DNA of 64,000 bases. Origin: an uncultured virus (IMG/VR IMGVR_UViG_3300022602_000034). Lineage: Duplodnaviria > Heunggongvirae > Uroviricota > Caudoviricetes. Where the stretch lies: the IMG/VR virus record IMGVR_UViG_3300022602_000034; one strand, 5' to 3'. A program made the translations under genes and the position numbers. Under the pieces are notes generated by a model. That model saw only the letters and a list, made by a program, of their open reading frames with translations. It had not been told where the DNA came from and ran no database searches. Below are positions 49,424-59,709 of this stretch, one piece after another. Numbering within the stretch: the stretch's first letter is position 1; every line of letters begins with the position of its first letter.

Positions 49424-50480
49424 CATAAGTAAGTTCCGCAAGGACATTACAAAAAGCATTGAAGGATTAAGCATTGGATTTAACGACCCTACTGATTGGG
49501 TCAGTACAGGAAATTACGCTCTTAACTATCTTATTAGTGGTGACTTTAATAAAGGTGTACCCCTTGGTAAAGTTACTGTATTCGCTGGCGAAAGTGGATC
49601 AGGTAAGAGCTATATCTGCTCTGGCAACTTGGTGCGTCACGCTCAAGAACAAGGTATTTTCGTTGTTCTAATTGATAGCGAGAACGCATTAGATGAGCAA
49701 TGGCTGCATAACCTCGGTGTTGATACTGACGAATCAAAATTATTAAAATTGAATATGGCTATGATTGATGATGTGGCCAAGACAATCAGTAAATTTGTTA
49801 CTGATTATAGAGCATTAGCAGAAGAAGATAGACCAAAGGTATTGTTTATTGTTGACAGTCTTGGTATGCTATTGACTCCCACAGACGTTAATCAGTTTGA
49901 AGCAGGTGACATGAAGGGTGATATGGGTCGTAAACCCAAAGCACTTACTTCTCTTGTTCGCAATACTGTTAACATGTTTGGTAGTTTAGGCATTGGCTTA
50001 GTCGCAACTAATCACACATACGCAAGTCAAGATATGTTTGACCCTGATGATAAAATCAGTGGTGGTCAAGGCTTTATCTATGCAAGTAGTATTGTTGTTG
50101 CTATGAAAAAACTCAAACTAAAAGAAGACGAAGATGGTAACAAGGTTACTGATGTTCGTGGTATTCGTAGTGCATGTAAGATTATGAAAACTCGTTATGC
50201 AAAACCTTTTGAGGGTGTGCAAGTAAAGATTCCATACGACACAGGCATGAGTCCATATAGTGGTATGGTAGATATGATTGAAAAAGCTGAGTTACTTAAA
50301 AAAGAAGGTAACAGTCTTGTCTACACTACACTTGATGGTGAAATCATTAAGAAGTTTCGTAAAGCATGGGAAGCAAATACTGACGGTTGTTTAGATACAG
50401 TCATGTTAGAATATCCAGCAAGAATGGCAAAACAAAGCATAAGTAGTGTTGATACCTCAGAAGGAGACACTACAGAATGA
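49407..50480 (+). CDS. uvsX: RecA-like recombinase UvsX
   Basis: GESGSGKS, IDSENA, IVDSLG, NHTY and ISGG motifs; probable TTG start after GGAG. Confidence 0.9.
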   Translation: MGKPFDISKFRKDITKSIEGLSIGFNDPTDWVSTGNYALNYLISGDFNKGVPLGKVTVFAGESGSGKSYICSGNLVRHAQEQGIFVVLIDSENALDEQWLHNLGVDTDESKLLKLNMAMIDDVAKTISKFVTDYRALAEEDRPKVLFIVDSLGMLLTPTDVNQFEAGDMKGDMGRKPKALTSLVRNTVNMFGSLGIGLVATNHTYASQDMFDPDDKISGGQGFIYASSIVVAMKKLKLKEDEDGNKVTDVRGIRSACKIMKTRYAKPFEGVQVKIPYDTGMSPYSGMVDMIEKAELLKKEGNSLVYTTLDGEIIKKFRKAWEANTDGCLDTVMLEYPARMAKQSISSVDTSEGDTTE

Positions 50481-50722
50481 GTTTAAGTACTATTACGGAA
50501 GTTTGGGATGTATTGCGTGAGCATATTGACTTTAATGACCGCGCAGAAGCAGCAGATGCTTTGGTAAATTATTTGATGGACAACAACTATGAAGTTGATG
50601 ATATCAAAAATGAATTTAGTGATAAAGATATTACTAGAGCATTGAAGGGTTATGCTGAACAACACTTTCAAGAAGAAGAATATGAAGACGATGACGATAA
50701 CGAAGATGAAGATTGGGGTTAA
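50477..50722 (+). CDS. acidic hypothetical protein
   Basis: 81 aa with a D/E-rich tail. Confidence 0.6.
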   Translation: MSLSTITEVWDVLREHIDFNDRAEAADALVNYLMDNNYEVDDIKNEFSDKDITRALKGYAEQHFQEEEYEDDDDNEDEDWG

Positions 50723-51181
50723 ATGTCAAATTGGCTAGCAAGAGTTAGTGCAGATATTTCAGTATTGCCAGATTTAGTAGACTATTACAACAATGAATTG
50801 CTTAGTGCAAAAAATGATGTAAAAATCTATGGAAATTTAGAGAAGAATATTTCTTCACTACCTGGCGTCACTGAACATCGCTTCAACCAATTACAAGAAG
50901 TTGAAGCAGTGCTAAATCATTTAAACATCCAGCTTAGGAAGATTCGTAGAAAGCATTTCCAAAAGTATCTTGAGGCATACAATCGTGCATTAACCAGTCG
51001 TGATGCTGAAAAATATGCTGAGGGTGAACAAGAAGTAATTGACTATGAAACACTAATCAATGAAGTCGCATTATTGCGAAACAAATGGTTAGGTGTTATG
51101 AAGGGCTTAGAGAGTAAAAACTTTATGTTAGGGCACGTAGTTCGGCTCAGGGCAGCGGGAATGGAAGATATTTCTCTATAA
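50723..51181 (+). CDS. uvsY: recombination mediator UvsY-like protein
   Basis: Helical ~150 aa with LTSRDAEKY; lies next to uvsX. Confidence 0.7.
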   Translation: MSNWLARVSADISVLPDLVDYYNNELLSAKNDVKIYGNLEKNISSLPGVTEHRFNQLQEVEAVLNHLNIQLRKIRRKHFQKYLEAYNRALTSRDAEKYAEGEQEVIDYETLINEVALLRNKWLGVMKGLESKNFMLGHVVRLRAAGMEDISL

Positions 51182-51251
51182 TTGGCAAACCTCGTATTGA
51201 CAACAGTACGAGGTTTTTGCTATCATACAACATTAAAATCACGAATATAAA

Positions 51252-52115
51252 ATGACAACATCAATATCTATGCCACAATTAACAGCAACACAAATGCAAG
51301 CAATGATGGGTTTGAGATCAGCACCCAATTTAACCTCAGTCGGTACTAACATCACACTTAATGGCAACAGTAATTTTGGTTTTAGTAGCAACGTTGTAAC
51401 AGGTCAAAATTGGTTAGATCCAATGAATATTGTATCCTCACCTAATATTAAAAAGTATGAGGTAGTTGAAACAACTGAAGATATTGTTGCATTAAGTACA
51501 ACTGCACATAGAATATCAACTGAGCATAAAATTTATCATAAATTAACCGACCATGAATTGTTTGAACGAGTTACTCAACCTGACCGTGAATATGCACTCA
51601 AGGTAAAAGATTACTACAGCAAAAAAATAATGATGTGGAAATTGAAGGGCACCAGTAAGCTATCACCATTCCGTGAAGACATGAATAAGCTGGTGCACAG
51701 TGATGGCAAAACATTCAAAGAATCAATGATTGGTATTGCATATTGGTTGCCCAAGTTCTATGAATACGACACTGAGATGGATCTAATCAAAACTCAACTG
51801 AATACAAATCAAGGATTTGAGAAACTAGACAAAGAGGGTAAGCCTAAAGTTTTAAAACTATCATGTGAGTTAACCCCTATCAGTAAGACATATAGAATTT
51901 CTAAGAGAAGCAAAAAAACTGAATATTGGTTTAAAGATTCAAATTTAGATGCAGGTGTAGTTGTCACAATAGAAGATAAGAACCAACTTCAACATCTATG
52001 GGACTACATGTATGACAATGAGAAGTCATTAAAAATCAAGGGTAGTTATGTAAGACGTAAACTTGATGATTTTGAATACTTTAATGTTACCAATTGGGAA
52101 CTAGATAGAAGTTGA
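51252..52115 (+). CDS. hypothetical protein
   Basis: 287 aa behind a stem-loop promoter; its stop codon lies in the next -35 box. Confidence 0.65.
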   Translation: MTTSISMPQLTATQMQAMMGLRSAPNLTSVGTNITLNGNSNFGFSSNVVTGQNWLDPMNIVSSPNIKKYEVVETTEDIVALSTTAHRISTEHKIYHKLTDHELFERVTQPDREYALKVKDYYSKKIMMWKLKGTSKLSPFREDMNKLVHSDGKTFKESMIGIAYWLPKFYEYDTEMDLIKTQLNTNQGFEKLDKEGKPKVLKLSCELTPISKTYRISKRSKKTEYWFKDSNLDAGVVVTIEDKNQLQHLWDYMYDNEKSLKIKGSYVRRKLDDFEYFNVTNWELDRS

Positions 52116-52169
52116 CAATAAATCAGTTTGGGCATATAATAGACTCTTAATCACTTGAAAGGGCCTGTT

Positions 52170-52391
52170 ATGTCTTATGATATTGATGAGTTTGTGAACA
52201 CTAACAAATTTAATGTTGAGTTTGATGGCGAGTTGTTTGATTATGACGAGGACCTGATGACTCAAACTTTTGAAAAAGACATTACTTTTGACACAATCAA
52301 CGAGAATGCGTACCCAGTACTAGTGTACGAATTGAATACTAAAGCAGTAGCTTGGTACGACACTGAACAGTTTTTGGGTTATCAATCATAA
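52170..52391 (+). CDS. small acidic early protein
   Basis: Follows promoter 52112; D/E/F-rich. Confidence 0.6.
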   Translation: MSYDIDEFVNTNKFNVEFDGELFDYDEDLMTQTFEKDITFDTINENAYPVLVYELNTKAVAWYDTEQFLGYQS

Positions 52392-52467
52392 ACAATGTAT
52401 GCCCAAACTTGACAATAAATCAGTTTGGGCATATAATACATGTATTGATTGATTAAAGGAGTTGCAC

Positions 52468-52641
52468 ATGGGAACTATTTCAATAAACATGAAACAAATG
52501 TCTAAGTGGAATGTTACTTCGGACAATGTAAAGTATTTTGATATCATTCAAGTCAACAAAGGTAAATTTTTCACATTAGATTCTAGGACCATTCAAGAAT
52601 TACTGAATGAATTTGGCATCTTTTATACCTTTAAAATTTGA
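52468..52641 (+). CDS. 57-aa early protein (not in the ORF track)
   Basis: SD AAGGAG; MGTISINMKQ...EFGIFYTFKI*; stop lies within the next TTGACA. Confidence 0.6.
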   Translation: MGTISINMKQMSKWNVTSDNVKYFDIIQVNKGKFFTLDSRTIQELLNEFGIFYTFKI

Positions 52642-52700
52642 CAATAAATCATTTTGGGTATATAATAGAATCTTAAACAGTCAACAAACAGGAGCTAAAC

Positions 52701-53036
52701 ATGAGCATTTTAACAGACTACGCTGAATTCTCAAAAACTGCTGAGTACAAACTAGTTGAGGGTGTTACGGGTCCAACATCACTATACAAACTCAAGCGCA
52801 TTGTTGCTAATGGCATTGGCATTGATTTGACAGACAGTAATTACTACTTTTGTAAACAAATGATGTGTTTGGTTTCAATGGGCCGTGGTGGCATTGGTAC
52901 TAAAGGCAAACGCTTGGCCCTTGACAAATATCAGAAATTGGGTTTGCGTCAAAAAATGAAAAACAACCCTAGCTTTAGTCGTAGCATTAAAGTAGACAAT
53001 GACGAGATTCGTGTTTCAGCATTGAATCAAATTTGA
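52701..53036 (+). CDS. early hypothetical protein
   Basis: SD AGGAG; lies between promoter copies. Confidence 0.65.
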   Translation: MSILTDYAEFSKTAEYKLVEGVTGPTSLYKLKRIVANGIGIDLTDSNYYFCKQMMCLVSMGRGGIGTKGKRLALDKYQKLGLRQKMKNNPSFSRSIKVDNDEIRVSALNQI

Positions 53037-53090
53037 CAATAAATCATTTCGGGTTTATAATAACATCTTTAACACAACACAGGAACACAC

Positions 53091-54095
53091 ATGACTAGCA
53101 CAGTTCGCATCATTTCAGGTACATATCGCAACAGCCCAGTGTCCAATCAAGTCTTTACACTTGTCAAAGGCTATCAACTTGGTGCTAAAGGTGGTTTTGT
53201 TACTGTTAAGAATGAGGGTCAGTTCCCGGGTCGTAGTTCAGAAATTCGTGTGAACGTTGATACACATGATTGTATTGAATTTGTGTCAGGTGATACACCT
53301 GTTGTTGAAGAAAAAGTGATTGAATCTGAAACAGAAGCAATGGATCGCATTGCTAGTCGTTTCGGTGTGCTTGATGAAATGAGTAAAGCCTGTATCGCAG
53401 GTGACATTCGTGCTATGATTGTGACAGGCCCTGCGGGTATTGGTAAGAGTCATGGTGTCACATTGCAAATGGAAAAGGCAAGTATGTTTGACAAGATTGC
53501 AGGCAAACGCCCTCGCTTTGAGATTGTCAAAGGTGCAATGTCAGGCATCGGCTTGTTCGCTAAGTTGTACAAATTCAGTGACAAGAAGAATGTGCTAGTG
53601 TTTGATGACTGTGATATTTGGGAAGATCAAGATGCTATCAACGTATTGAAAGGTGCATTGGATAGTGGTAAGACTCGCCGCATCAGTTGGAATAAAGACA
53701 GTCGTTTGTTGCGTGATGAGGGAGTGCCCAATACTTTCAACTTTGAAGGTTCCATCATCTTCATTACTAACAAAACTTTTGACAGCAAAAAAGCAAGCAA
53801 AATTCAGCCTCACTTGGATGCATTGCAAAGTCGTTGTCACTTTTTGGACTTGACAGTGAATAGTGAGCGTGACAAAATGTTGCGTATCAAACAAGTTCAC
53901 CGTGATGCTGATGGTGGTTTGTTTGCTGACTATGACTTTACTCAAGAACAAACAGACGAGATTATGCACTTTGTTAATGAGAACCACAGCAAATTGCGTG
54001 AAGTGTCCTTGCGTATGTGTTTGAAGATTGCTGACCTCGTGAAGATCAGTGGTAACTGGCGTGAGTTGGCTAAGGCAACTTGCATGAAGAATTGA
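53091..54095 (+). CDS. P-loop/AAA ATPase
   Basis: GPAGIGKS, VFDDCD, FITN and ALQSR motifs. Confidence 0.85.
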   Translation: MTSTVRIISGTYRNSPVSNQVFTLVKGYQLGAKGGFVTVKNEGQFPGRSSEIRVNVDTHDCIEFVSGDTPVVEEKVIESETEAMDRIASRFGVLDEMSKACIAGDIRAMIVTGPAGIGKSHGVTLQMEKASMFDKIAGKRPRFEIVKGAMSGIGLFAKLYKFSDKKNVLVFDDCDIWEDQDAINVLKGALDSGKTRRISWNKDSRLLRDEGVPNTFNFEGSIIFITNKTFDSKKASKIQPHLDALQSRCHFLDLTVNSERDKMLRIKQVHRDADGGLFADYDFTQEQTDEIMHFVNENHSKLREVSLRMCLKIADLVKISGNWRELAKATCMKN

Positions 54096-54106
54096 GGATT
54101 GTTGAA

Positions 54107-54334
54107 ATGAACAAACGAATTAAAGAACTATTGGACCAATGCACGGATCAAACAATGACAAAGCCATGGCCGTTGATTGATGCAGAAAAATTTGCCGAGT
54201 TGATTGTTGGGGAATGTATCGGATGTTGTGAACAAGTTATTAGTGATCCTGTTCCTAAATCAGTTGACACTTGGCTTAACGGTGGTTCTCAGTGTATTGA
54301 CCAGATTAAGCAACATTTCGGAGTTGAAGAATGA
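54107..54334 (+). CDS. hypothetical protein
   Basis: MNKRIKELL...EKFAELIV.EC...IKQHFGVEE, a common phage small-protein type. Confidence 0.6.
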   Translation: MNKRIKELLDQCTDQTMTKPWPLIDAEKFAELIVGECIGCCEQVISDPVPKSVDTWLNGGSQCIDQIKQHFGVEE

Positions 54335-54687
54335 AAATCAAAATGCTAGGTAAGTTTATCGTTTGGTTGATTGGCAAGTTTGTAAAAATTGTTTTCAAAC
54401 GACCTGCAATGTCATTTGTTGAAGCATTCATTGAAGCAAAAAAACTTGCACGGACTAGTCTTTCAATGACACTGGTTAGTTATGTTTTGGCTTCATGTTT
54501 TTCGGTTACAGTATACTGTGTTTTAGCGTCTGTTTTGTGTATGAACAAAGATTTAGATTCAACAATAACTAGTTTAATTGCTGCTGTGACACCAGTAACA
54601 TTGTTCTACTTGAGTGCCCTAATTGCATCGTGGTATGATATGTTCATTGAAGACTACGAAAAGACTTTTACGATTCTTAAGGAATAA
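54331..54687 (+). CDS. membrane protein
   Basis: Two hydrophobic helices. Confidence 0.6.
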   Translation: MKIKMLGKFIVWLIGKFVKIVFKRPAMSFVEAFIEAKKLARTSLSMTLVSYVLASCFSVTVYCVLASVLCMNKDLDSTITSLIAAVTPVTLFYLSALIASWYDMFIEDYEKTFTILKE

Positions 54688-54689
54688 AC

Positions 54690-55025
54690 ATGAATTGGCG
54701 TATGTATCTAGCATTTTTCGGTTGGTGTTTTATGAAGATTTTTGGTGGTTGTTTTGTTGCCGCAGAAAATTTTCGCAATGAGTTAAAGAAGCATACAGCG
54801 GAACGCATCTTTGCTACTGCCGGCTATGTTATCCTTTCTATAGTTTTTATGATGGTAATCATTCTAACTTCATTATGGTTGGTTGAAGATAAAGCAACAG
54901 TGACTATGATTACAACAGGTTGTTTCTGGCTAGTATTGTTTACATTCTTTTACAATGTAATCAAGGCAGCATTTGAGTGTTTTTTGGAAGAGCGTGAACG
55001 AGTGTTTGAAGAATTGAAACGATAA
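54690..55025 (+). CDS. membrane protein, probable paralog of the upstream gene
   Basis: Similar layout and C-terminus (FLEERERVFEELK versus FIEDYEKTFTILK). Confidence 0.6.
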   Translation: MNWRMYLAFFGWCFMKIFGGCFVAAENFRNELKKHTAERIFATAGYVILSIVFMMVIILTSLWLVEDKATVTMITTGCFWLVLFTFFYNVIKAAFECFLEERERVFEELKR

Positions 55026-55037
55026 AAGGAGAAGTGT

Positions 55038-55142
55038 ATGTTTGAAGTTTTTGATGGTGATTTGTTTTTGTTTGATTGCTATGACGAGGATGAGGCCGAC
55101 TTGTTACACGAGCAAGGCTTCACAGTAGTGCGAATCGTGTGA
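55038..55142 (+). CDS. 34-aa acidic peptide (not in the ORF track)
   Basis: SD AAGGAG; MFEVFDGDLFLFDCYDEDEADLLHEQGFTVVRIV*. Confidence 0.5.
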   Translation: MFEVFDGDLFLFDCYDEDEADLLHEQGFTVVRIV

Positions 55143-55162
55143 TTGGTTTTCTTTCAAGGTTT

Positions 55163-55185
55163 GGGGGACTTAGGTCCCTTTTTTT
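55163..55185 (+). terminator. Rho-independent terminator
   Basis: GGGGAC-TTAG-GTCCCT followed by a T-run. Confidence 0.8.
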
Positions 55186-55230
55186 GCCTTTACTATTGCT
55201 TTTCTTAATCATAAGTACTATAATACTTGA

Positions 55231-56259
55231 ATGTCAAAAGTGAAACCAACAACAAAAGAACAACTGGTACATTATTTACTGCAAAACATAAGTTTAGGAA
55301 CTTATGATAGACGGTTCCTTTCCAACCTACAACAAATCCAATTTGTACAACGAAGACCTGCGACCAGCAATCAAGCAGAGTTGTTGGACAAGATTACATT
55401 ACGATATTTCAAACAACTTAAACGCAAAGAGATTGACGCAAACGAAATGGTTAAACTACCTTGGAGCATAGAACCAATTGATAGCATCCCAGAATACACT
55501 GATGCTTTTTGTACAATCAAGGATGATACGATTGAGTTACGCACACCCTACAAAAAAGAGTTTATCACTGACTTGAAGAAAACCGATCTACACTTAGACT
55601 GGAATAAGGATAATAGAATATGGAGCGGTGTCTATTGTGAACATATTTTGAAGCACTTCATTGATTGCTTAGACAAACACTTTCAGGTTATAAGATATTG
55701 CGACAAGACAGTTGAGATTATAAATAGTTTCGCAGAATACGAAGAAGCAACATGTTGGGATCCAACATTGAAAATTATCAATGGTAATCTATTGATAGCA
55801 GGGATCAACAATGCATTGAACGAAGCAACTAAAGATATACCACTAACAATTTCTCCCGAGACATTTGCAAAACTATCAATGCACGGTGTTAAAATTGATA
55901 ATGATTTGATAAACGATGATCCATTGTTTAAGTTTGCGACAGAAACTAGCACAGTAAGAAAATACAATGAGATTGCAAACATTGTGAGTGAATTAAAGTC
56001 ATTAGGTTGCGATTTAATTGTCATATCAGAAACTCACTTGAATGGCGCTAAAGTTATTCCTAACTTGATTGAAGAATGTGTCCGACACGACATACCTTAT
56101 TTTCTAAAATCAAAAAATGCACGTTTAACAGAAGACACAAAAAAATTCAAATATCCAGTAATCATTAACACAGGTTTATGGTCTAATTTGAGTAGAGGAA
56201 GTATTTACGCAGCTAAGGTCGTTAACCTTGCAAACGATAAACCAATTAATATTAAATGA
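55231..56259 (+). CDS. hypothetical protein
   Basis: 342 aa; promoter TTGCTT-17-TATAAT with ATG 7 nt downstream. Confidence 0.65.
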   Translation: MSKVKPTTKEQLVHYLLQNISLGTYDRRFLSNLQQIQFVQRRPATSNQAELLDKITLRYFKQLKRKEIDANEMVKLPWSIEPIDSIPEYTDAFCTIKDDTIELRTPYKKEFITDLKKTDLHLDWNKDNRIWSGVYCEHILKHFIDCLDKHFQVIRYCDKTVEIINSFAEYEEATCWDPTLKIINGNLLIAGINNALNEATKDIPLTISPETFAKLSMHGVKIDNDLINDDPLFKFATETSTVRKYNEIANIVSELKSLGCDLIVISETHLNGAKVIPNLIEECVRHDIPYFLKSKNARLTEDTKKFKYPVIINTGLWSNLSRGSIYAAKVVNLANDKPINIK

Positions 56260-57743
56260 AACAATGTAAATTAATCATCAAAGATGAAGTCAATGTAAAA
56301 ATAGAAGGATTAGAGTTAGGTGATCGCAAAACATTGATGAAGATGTTTGAGTATGAGAAGCCGGGTGCAAGATATTTGCCAAGTGTCCGATTAGGTCGTT
56401 GGAATGGCAAGATCAGCTTCTTTAGCTTGGGTGGCACGACTTATGTAAATCTATTGCCAAAGATTCTACCGTTACTTGACAGTGCCGGATACGATATTGA
56501 GTTAGAAGACTTACGCACATACACAACAACATTTCAGTTTGGACAAGTCACTGAAAAAACTTTTGCACATAAAGTATGGCCTGCAAAACACCCAATGGCA
56601 GGACAGCCTGTTGTATTGCGTGACTATCAGATTGAGATTATAAATCAGTTTTTAGTTAATCCACAATCAATACAAGAGATTGCAACTGGCGCAGGTAAAA
56701 CATTAATCACCGCCGCACTATCATATAGCATAGAAAACTATGGACGTAGTATTGTTATTGTACCTAACAAAAGTCTAGTAACACAAACAGAAGCAGACTA
56801 TATTAACTTAGGTCTTGATGTTGGTGTATACTATGGTGACAGAAAAGAGTATGGTAAAAAACATACGATTTGCACATGGCAAAGTTTAGGTAATATGCTT
56901 AAGAAAACAAAAGCAGACGAAGCAGAAATACCAATAGGTGAGTTCTTAGAAGATGTTGTGTGCGTTATGGTTGATGAAGTACACATGGCTAAGGCTGATG
57001 TACTGAAAGAATTATTAACTGGGGTGATGAGTCACATACCAATTCGCTGGGGATTGACTGGAACTATTCCCAAAGCAATCTTTGAAGCACAGGCATTATA
57101 TGTGTCATTAGGTAATGTGACTAATAAACTTGCAGCAAGTACACTTCAAGAAATGGGTGTGCTTGCACAGTGTCACGTTAACATTGTTCAATTGCAAGAC
57201 CAGAAAGAATTCACTAACTATCAAAGTGAATTGAAATTCTTATTAGAAGATGACCAACGATTGACTATGATTTGTCAATTACTTGAAAAGATTAAAGACG
57301 GTGGCAACACATTAATATTAGTAGACCGTGTTGCTGCCGGCAAAGCAATACAAACTAGACTTAGTGAAGCATTTACTAAAGAACGTTTGGATTATGAAGT
57401 TAGTTTCGTTTCAGGCGGGACTGACATGAATGACAGAAAGGAACAGTATGATGAAGTGGCTACAGCTACTAACAAGGTTATTGTGGCGACTTATGGTGTG
57501 GCCGCTGTGGGTATTAATATTCCTAGGATTTTCAATCTGGTTCTTGTGGAACCCGGAAAGAGCTTTGTCAGAGTTATCCAGTCAATTGGACGCGGCATTA
57601 GAAAAGCGGAGGATAAAGATCACGTGATGATATGGGATATCACAAGTTCCTGCAAATTTGCAAAGAGGCATCTTACACAAAGAAAAGCCTTTTATAAAGA
57701 GGCGGCATACCCGTTCTCGATTGAGAAACTAACATATAAGTGA
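56256..57743 (+). CDS. uvsW: SF2 DNA helicase (UvsW-like)
   Basis: LRDYQ, ATGAGKT, VDEVH, GLTGT and QSIGRGIR motifs. Confidence 0.92.
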   Translation: MKQCKLIIKDEVNVKIEGLELGDRKTLMKMFEYEKPGARYLPSVRLGRWNGKISFFSLGGTTYVNLLPKILPLLDSAGYDIELEDLRTYTTTFQFGQVTEKTFAHKVWPAKHPMAGQPVVLRDYQIEIINQFLVNPQSIQEIATGAGKTLITAALSYSIENYGRSIVIVPNKSLVTQTEADYINLGLDVGVYYGDRKEYGKKHTICTWQSLGNMLKKTKADEAEIPIGEFLEDVVCVMVDEVHMAKADVLKELLTGVMSHIPIRWGLTGTIPKAIFEAQALYVSLGNVTNKLAASTLQEMGVLAQCHVNIVQLQDQKEFTNYQSELKFLLEDDQRLTMICQLLEKIKDGGNTLILVDRVAAGKAIQTRLSEAFTKERLDYEVSFVSGGTDMNDRKEQYDEVATATNKVIVATYGVAAVGINIPRIFNLVLVEPGKSFVRVIQSIGRGIRKAEDKDHVMIWDITSSCKFAKRHLTQRKAFYKEAAYPFSIEKLTYK

Positions 57744-57755
57744 TATAATAATACT

Positions 57756-58259
57756 ATGAGAATATTAAATTTAGATAATAACAAATACTATAACTTAGAG
57801 ACATTACCCGAAGAAGTAGATGATTTACGTTTTGCAATACTTGATAATAGCAATCCAAGTAATGTAGACTATCATTATATACCACTAATCTTCTTAGAGA
57901 GTTTCAACAGTCCCGCTCTTGTGTTACGAGTAGGTGACAAGACAATTAAGATGCCAGTAGATTGGCAGATACTGATCGGTGAACCAGAGATGGGTGATTT
58001 AGAAACACTACCATTAACAAGTATCAATGATAGAGGTTTCAAAGCATTTGAATTTAATCCACTAAGTGCATTTAGACCTAGCTTTCAAGATATTGAAATT
58101 ATTGATATCTATCACGATGTAACTTGGTATGCACCGCGATTGAAGAACGGACAATTCTTATGTGTACCCATTGATGATGAAGTGAAACCTCGTTGTGTTT
58201 ACTTTGTAAAAGAGATTAGTCGTAACTGTGAGATTATTGATTACAATCAGGCATTCTAA
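57756..58259 (+). CDS. hypothetical protein
   Basis: 167 aa, beta-rich; promoter TTGAGA-17-TATAAT with ATG 7 nt downstream. Confidence 0.7.
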   Translation: MRILNLDNNKYYNLETLPEEVDDLRFAILDNSNPSNVDYHYIPLIFLESFNSPALVLRVGDKTIKMPVDWQILIGEPEMGDLETLPLTSINDRGFKAFEFNPLSAFRPSFQDIEIIDIYHDVTWYAPRLKNGQFLCVPIDDEVKPRCVYFVKEISRNCEIIDYNQAF

Positions 58260-58855
58260 TGGCAACTAAGAAACCAGCAACTCCCAAAGACGAAAAATTA
58301 GAAAAGCAAGACTTTGATTTGTTTGAGGCACTTGCGGCGTTGGATCGTAAAGATTACAACTATATGGACAAACTTACAGAAGAACAACAACGTAAGTTTG
58401 TTCCTTACATGATGACTCATTGGATGAGTGCTATTAAAGGTAGCGGTGACGTGCAAGGTTATTATGTAATGAGTACTGAGTATAACGCTAATAAATATTT
58501 GTTCAACGAGCATGTACAAAAGCACCCTAAACTACAATGGATGATGTTGTGTGCCAGTAGCCCTGGTTTAGGGAAACAGTTCCATCAATGGATACCTCAT
58601 CTTTCAAGTAAAGTTGCAACACTGAAAGAATCACCTAAACTGAAGGATATTAGAGAATACTATGCTAAAATATACACTAAAGCAGATGATGATTCTATTA
58701 ATGCAATCAGCGAAGCCTTCGTTGAAGAACATAAAAAGAAGGTGTATCTTGCTAAAAGATTCCCTGATTTGAAACTTGATGACATTGAAACCCTTGCACA
58801 ATTGGTAACTGATGAAGACATTAGATCGCATGAAAGAGAACTTGGCAACGAGTAA
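58259..58855 (+). CDS. possible clamp-loader small subunit (gp62-like)
   Basis: FVPYMMTHWMS...N.Y....HPKLQW pattern and replication-gene context; weak. Confidence 0.45.
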   Translation: MATKKPATPKDEKLEKQDFDLFEALAALDRKDYNYMDKLTEEQQRKFVPYMMTHWMSAIKGSGDVQGYYVMSTEYNANKYLFNEHVQKHPKLQWMMLCASSPGLGKQFHQWIPHLSSKVATLKESPKLKDIREYYAKIYTKADDDSINAISEAFVEEHKKKVYLAKRFPDLKLDDIETLAQLVTDEDIRSHERELGNE

Positions 58856-59528
58856 GTACACCTGTGAATTCTGTAATAAGAATTTTACTAGAGATCGTAC
58901 CTTACTCAGCCATATATGTGAAAGAAAATCTCGTTGGTTAAACAAGGATCATCCTAGCAATAGGATTGGGTTTCAATGCTGGGTTAGGTTTTACGAAAAG
59001 CATAGCATGAGTAAAACTAAGAACAAAACAGTTGAAGAATTCATTCGTAGTCCATATTACATTGCATTCGTTAAGTTTGGTACATATTGTGTTGAAAGTA
59101 AAGTAATTCACATACCTCGTTACGTTGATTGGTTGTTGCAAAATCAAATCAAACTAGATAACTGGAATAATGATAGTGTTTACAACAAATTCTTGTGCGA
59201 GTATTTGCGAGTGGAAGATGCATTTGATGCAATATATCGCAGTGTAGAGTATTGTACTACATTGGCTGAACTAGACGAAATTCAACCCAATGATGTATTT
59301 AGGTATAGTAACCCAAATCGTATATGTCACGGTATATGTTCGGGTAAGATAAGTCCATGGATGTTGTATTGTAGCGACAGCGGTATCCATTTACTAGAGA
59401 CTTTAAATGAGACTCAAGTTAAAATGATTAATGATTATATAAATCCAGAACAATGGGCATTGAAGTTTCACCGTGACTCAAAACTTAAACAACAAATCAG
59501 AGACACCCTCATGTCAGCAGGGTACTAG
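58812..59528 (+). CDS. hypothetical protein with an N-terminal zinc finger
   Basis: YTCEFCNKNF...LLSHIC; the real start may be TTG58842. Confidence 0.65.
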   Translation: MKTLDRMKENLATSKYTCEFCNKNFTRDRTLLSHICERKSRWLNKDHPSNRIGFQCWVRFYEKHSMSKTKNKTVEEFIRSPYYIAFVKFGTYCVESKVIHIPRYVDWLLQNQIKLDNWNNDSVYNKFLCEYLRVEDAFDAIYRSVEYCTTLAELDEIQPNDVFRYSNPNRICHGICSGKISPWMLYCSDSGIHLLETLNETQVKMINDYINPEQWALKFHRDSKLKQQIRDTLMSAGY

Positions 59529-59709
59529 AGTACGCATATTCTGGAAGAATGGTGATACTATTAGTGATTGGAATGAAACCTGTGCTTGGGCAATAGAACA
59601 GTTTGGCTTACCTGGTGATAAGTTTACTACACACCCAACAGAAGATTATATGGACTTCTACTTTCAAAATGAATGTGATGCCATTCATTTTAGTTTGAGG
59701 TGGCTATGA
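59473..59709 (+). CDS. F-x-L-R-W array member 1
   Basis: WAIEQFGLPG...FYFQNECDAIHFSLRWL; start uncertain. Confidence 0.7.
   Translation: MTQNLNNKSETPSCQQGTRVRIFWKNGDTISDWNETCAWAIEQFGLPGDKFTTHPTEDYMDFYFQNECDAIHFSLRWL

Larger units (their letters stand above)
52112..53061 (+). repeat. four copies of an early promoter cassette TTGACAATAAATC-N10-TATAAT
   Basis: Copies at 52112, 52409, 52638 and 53033; the first two are identical over 29 nt. Confidence 0.9.

Noticed and set aside
52112..53061. CRISPR-like repeats
   Set aside because: The repeats are promoter consensus sequences separated by 200-370-nt gene-containing segments; no cas genes are present
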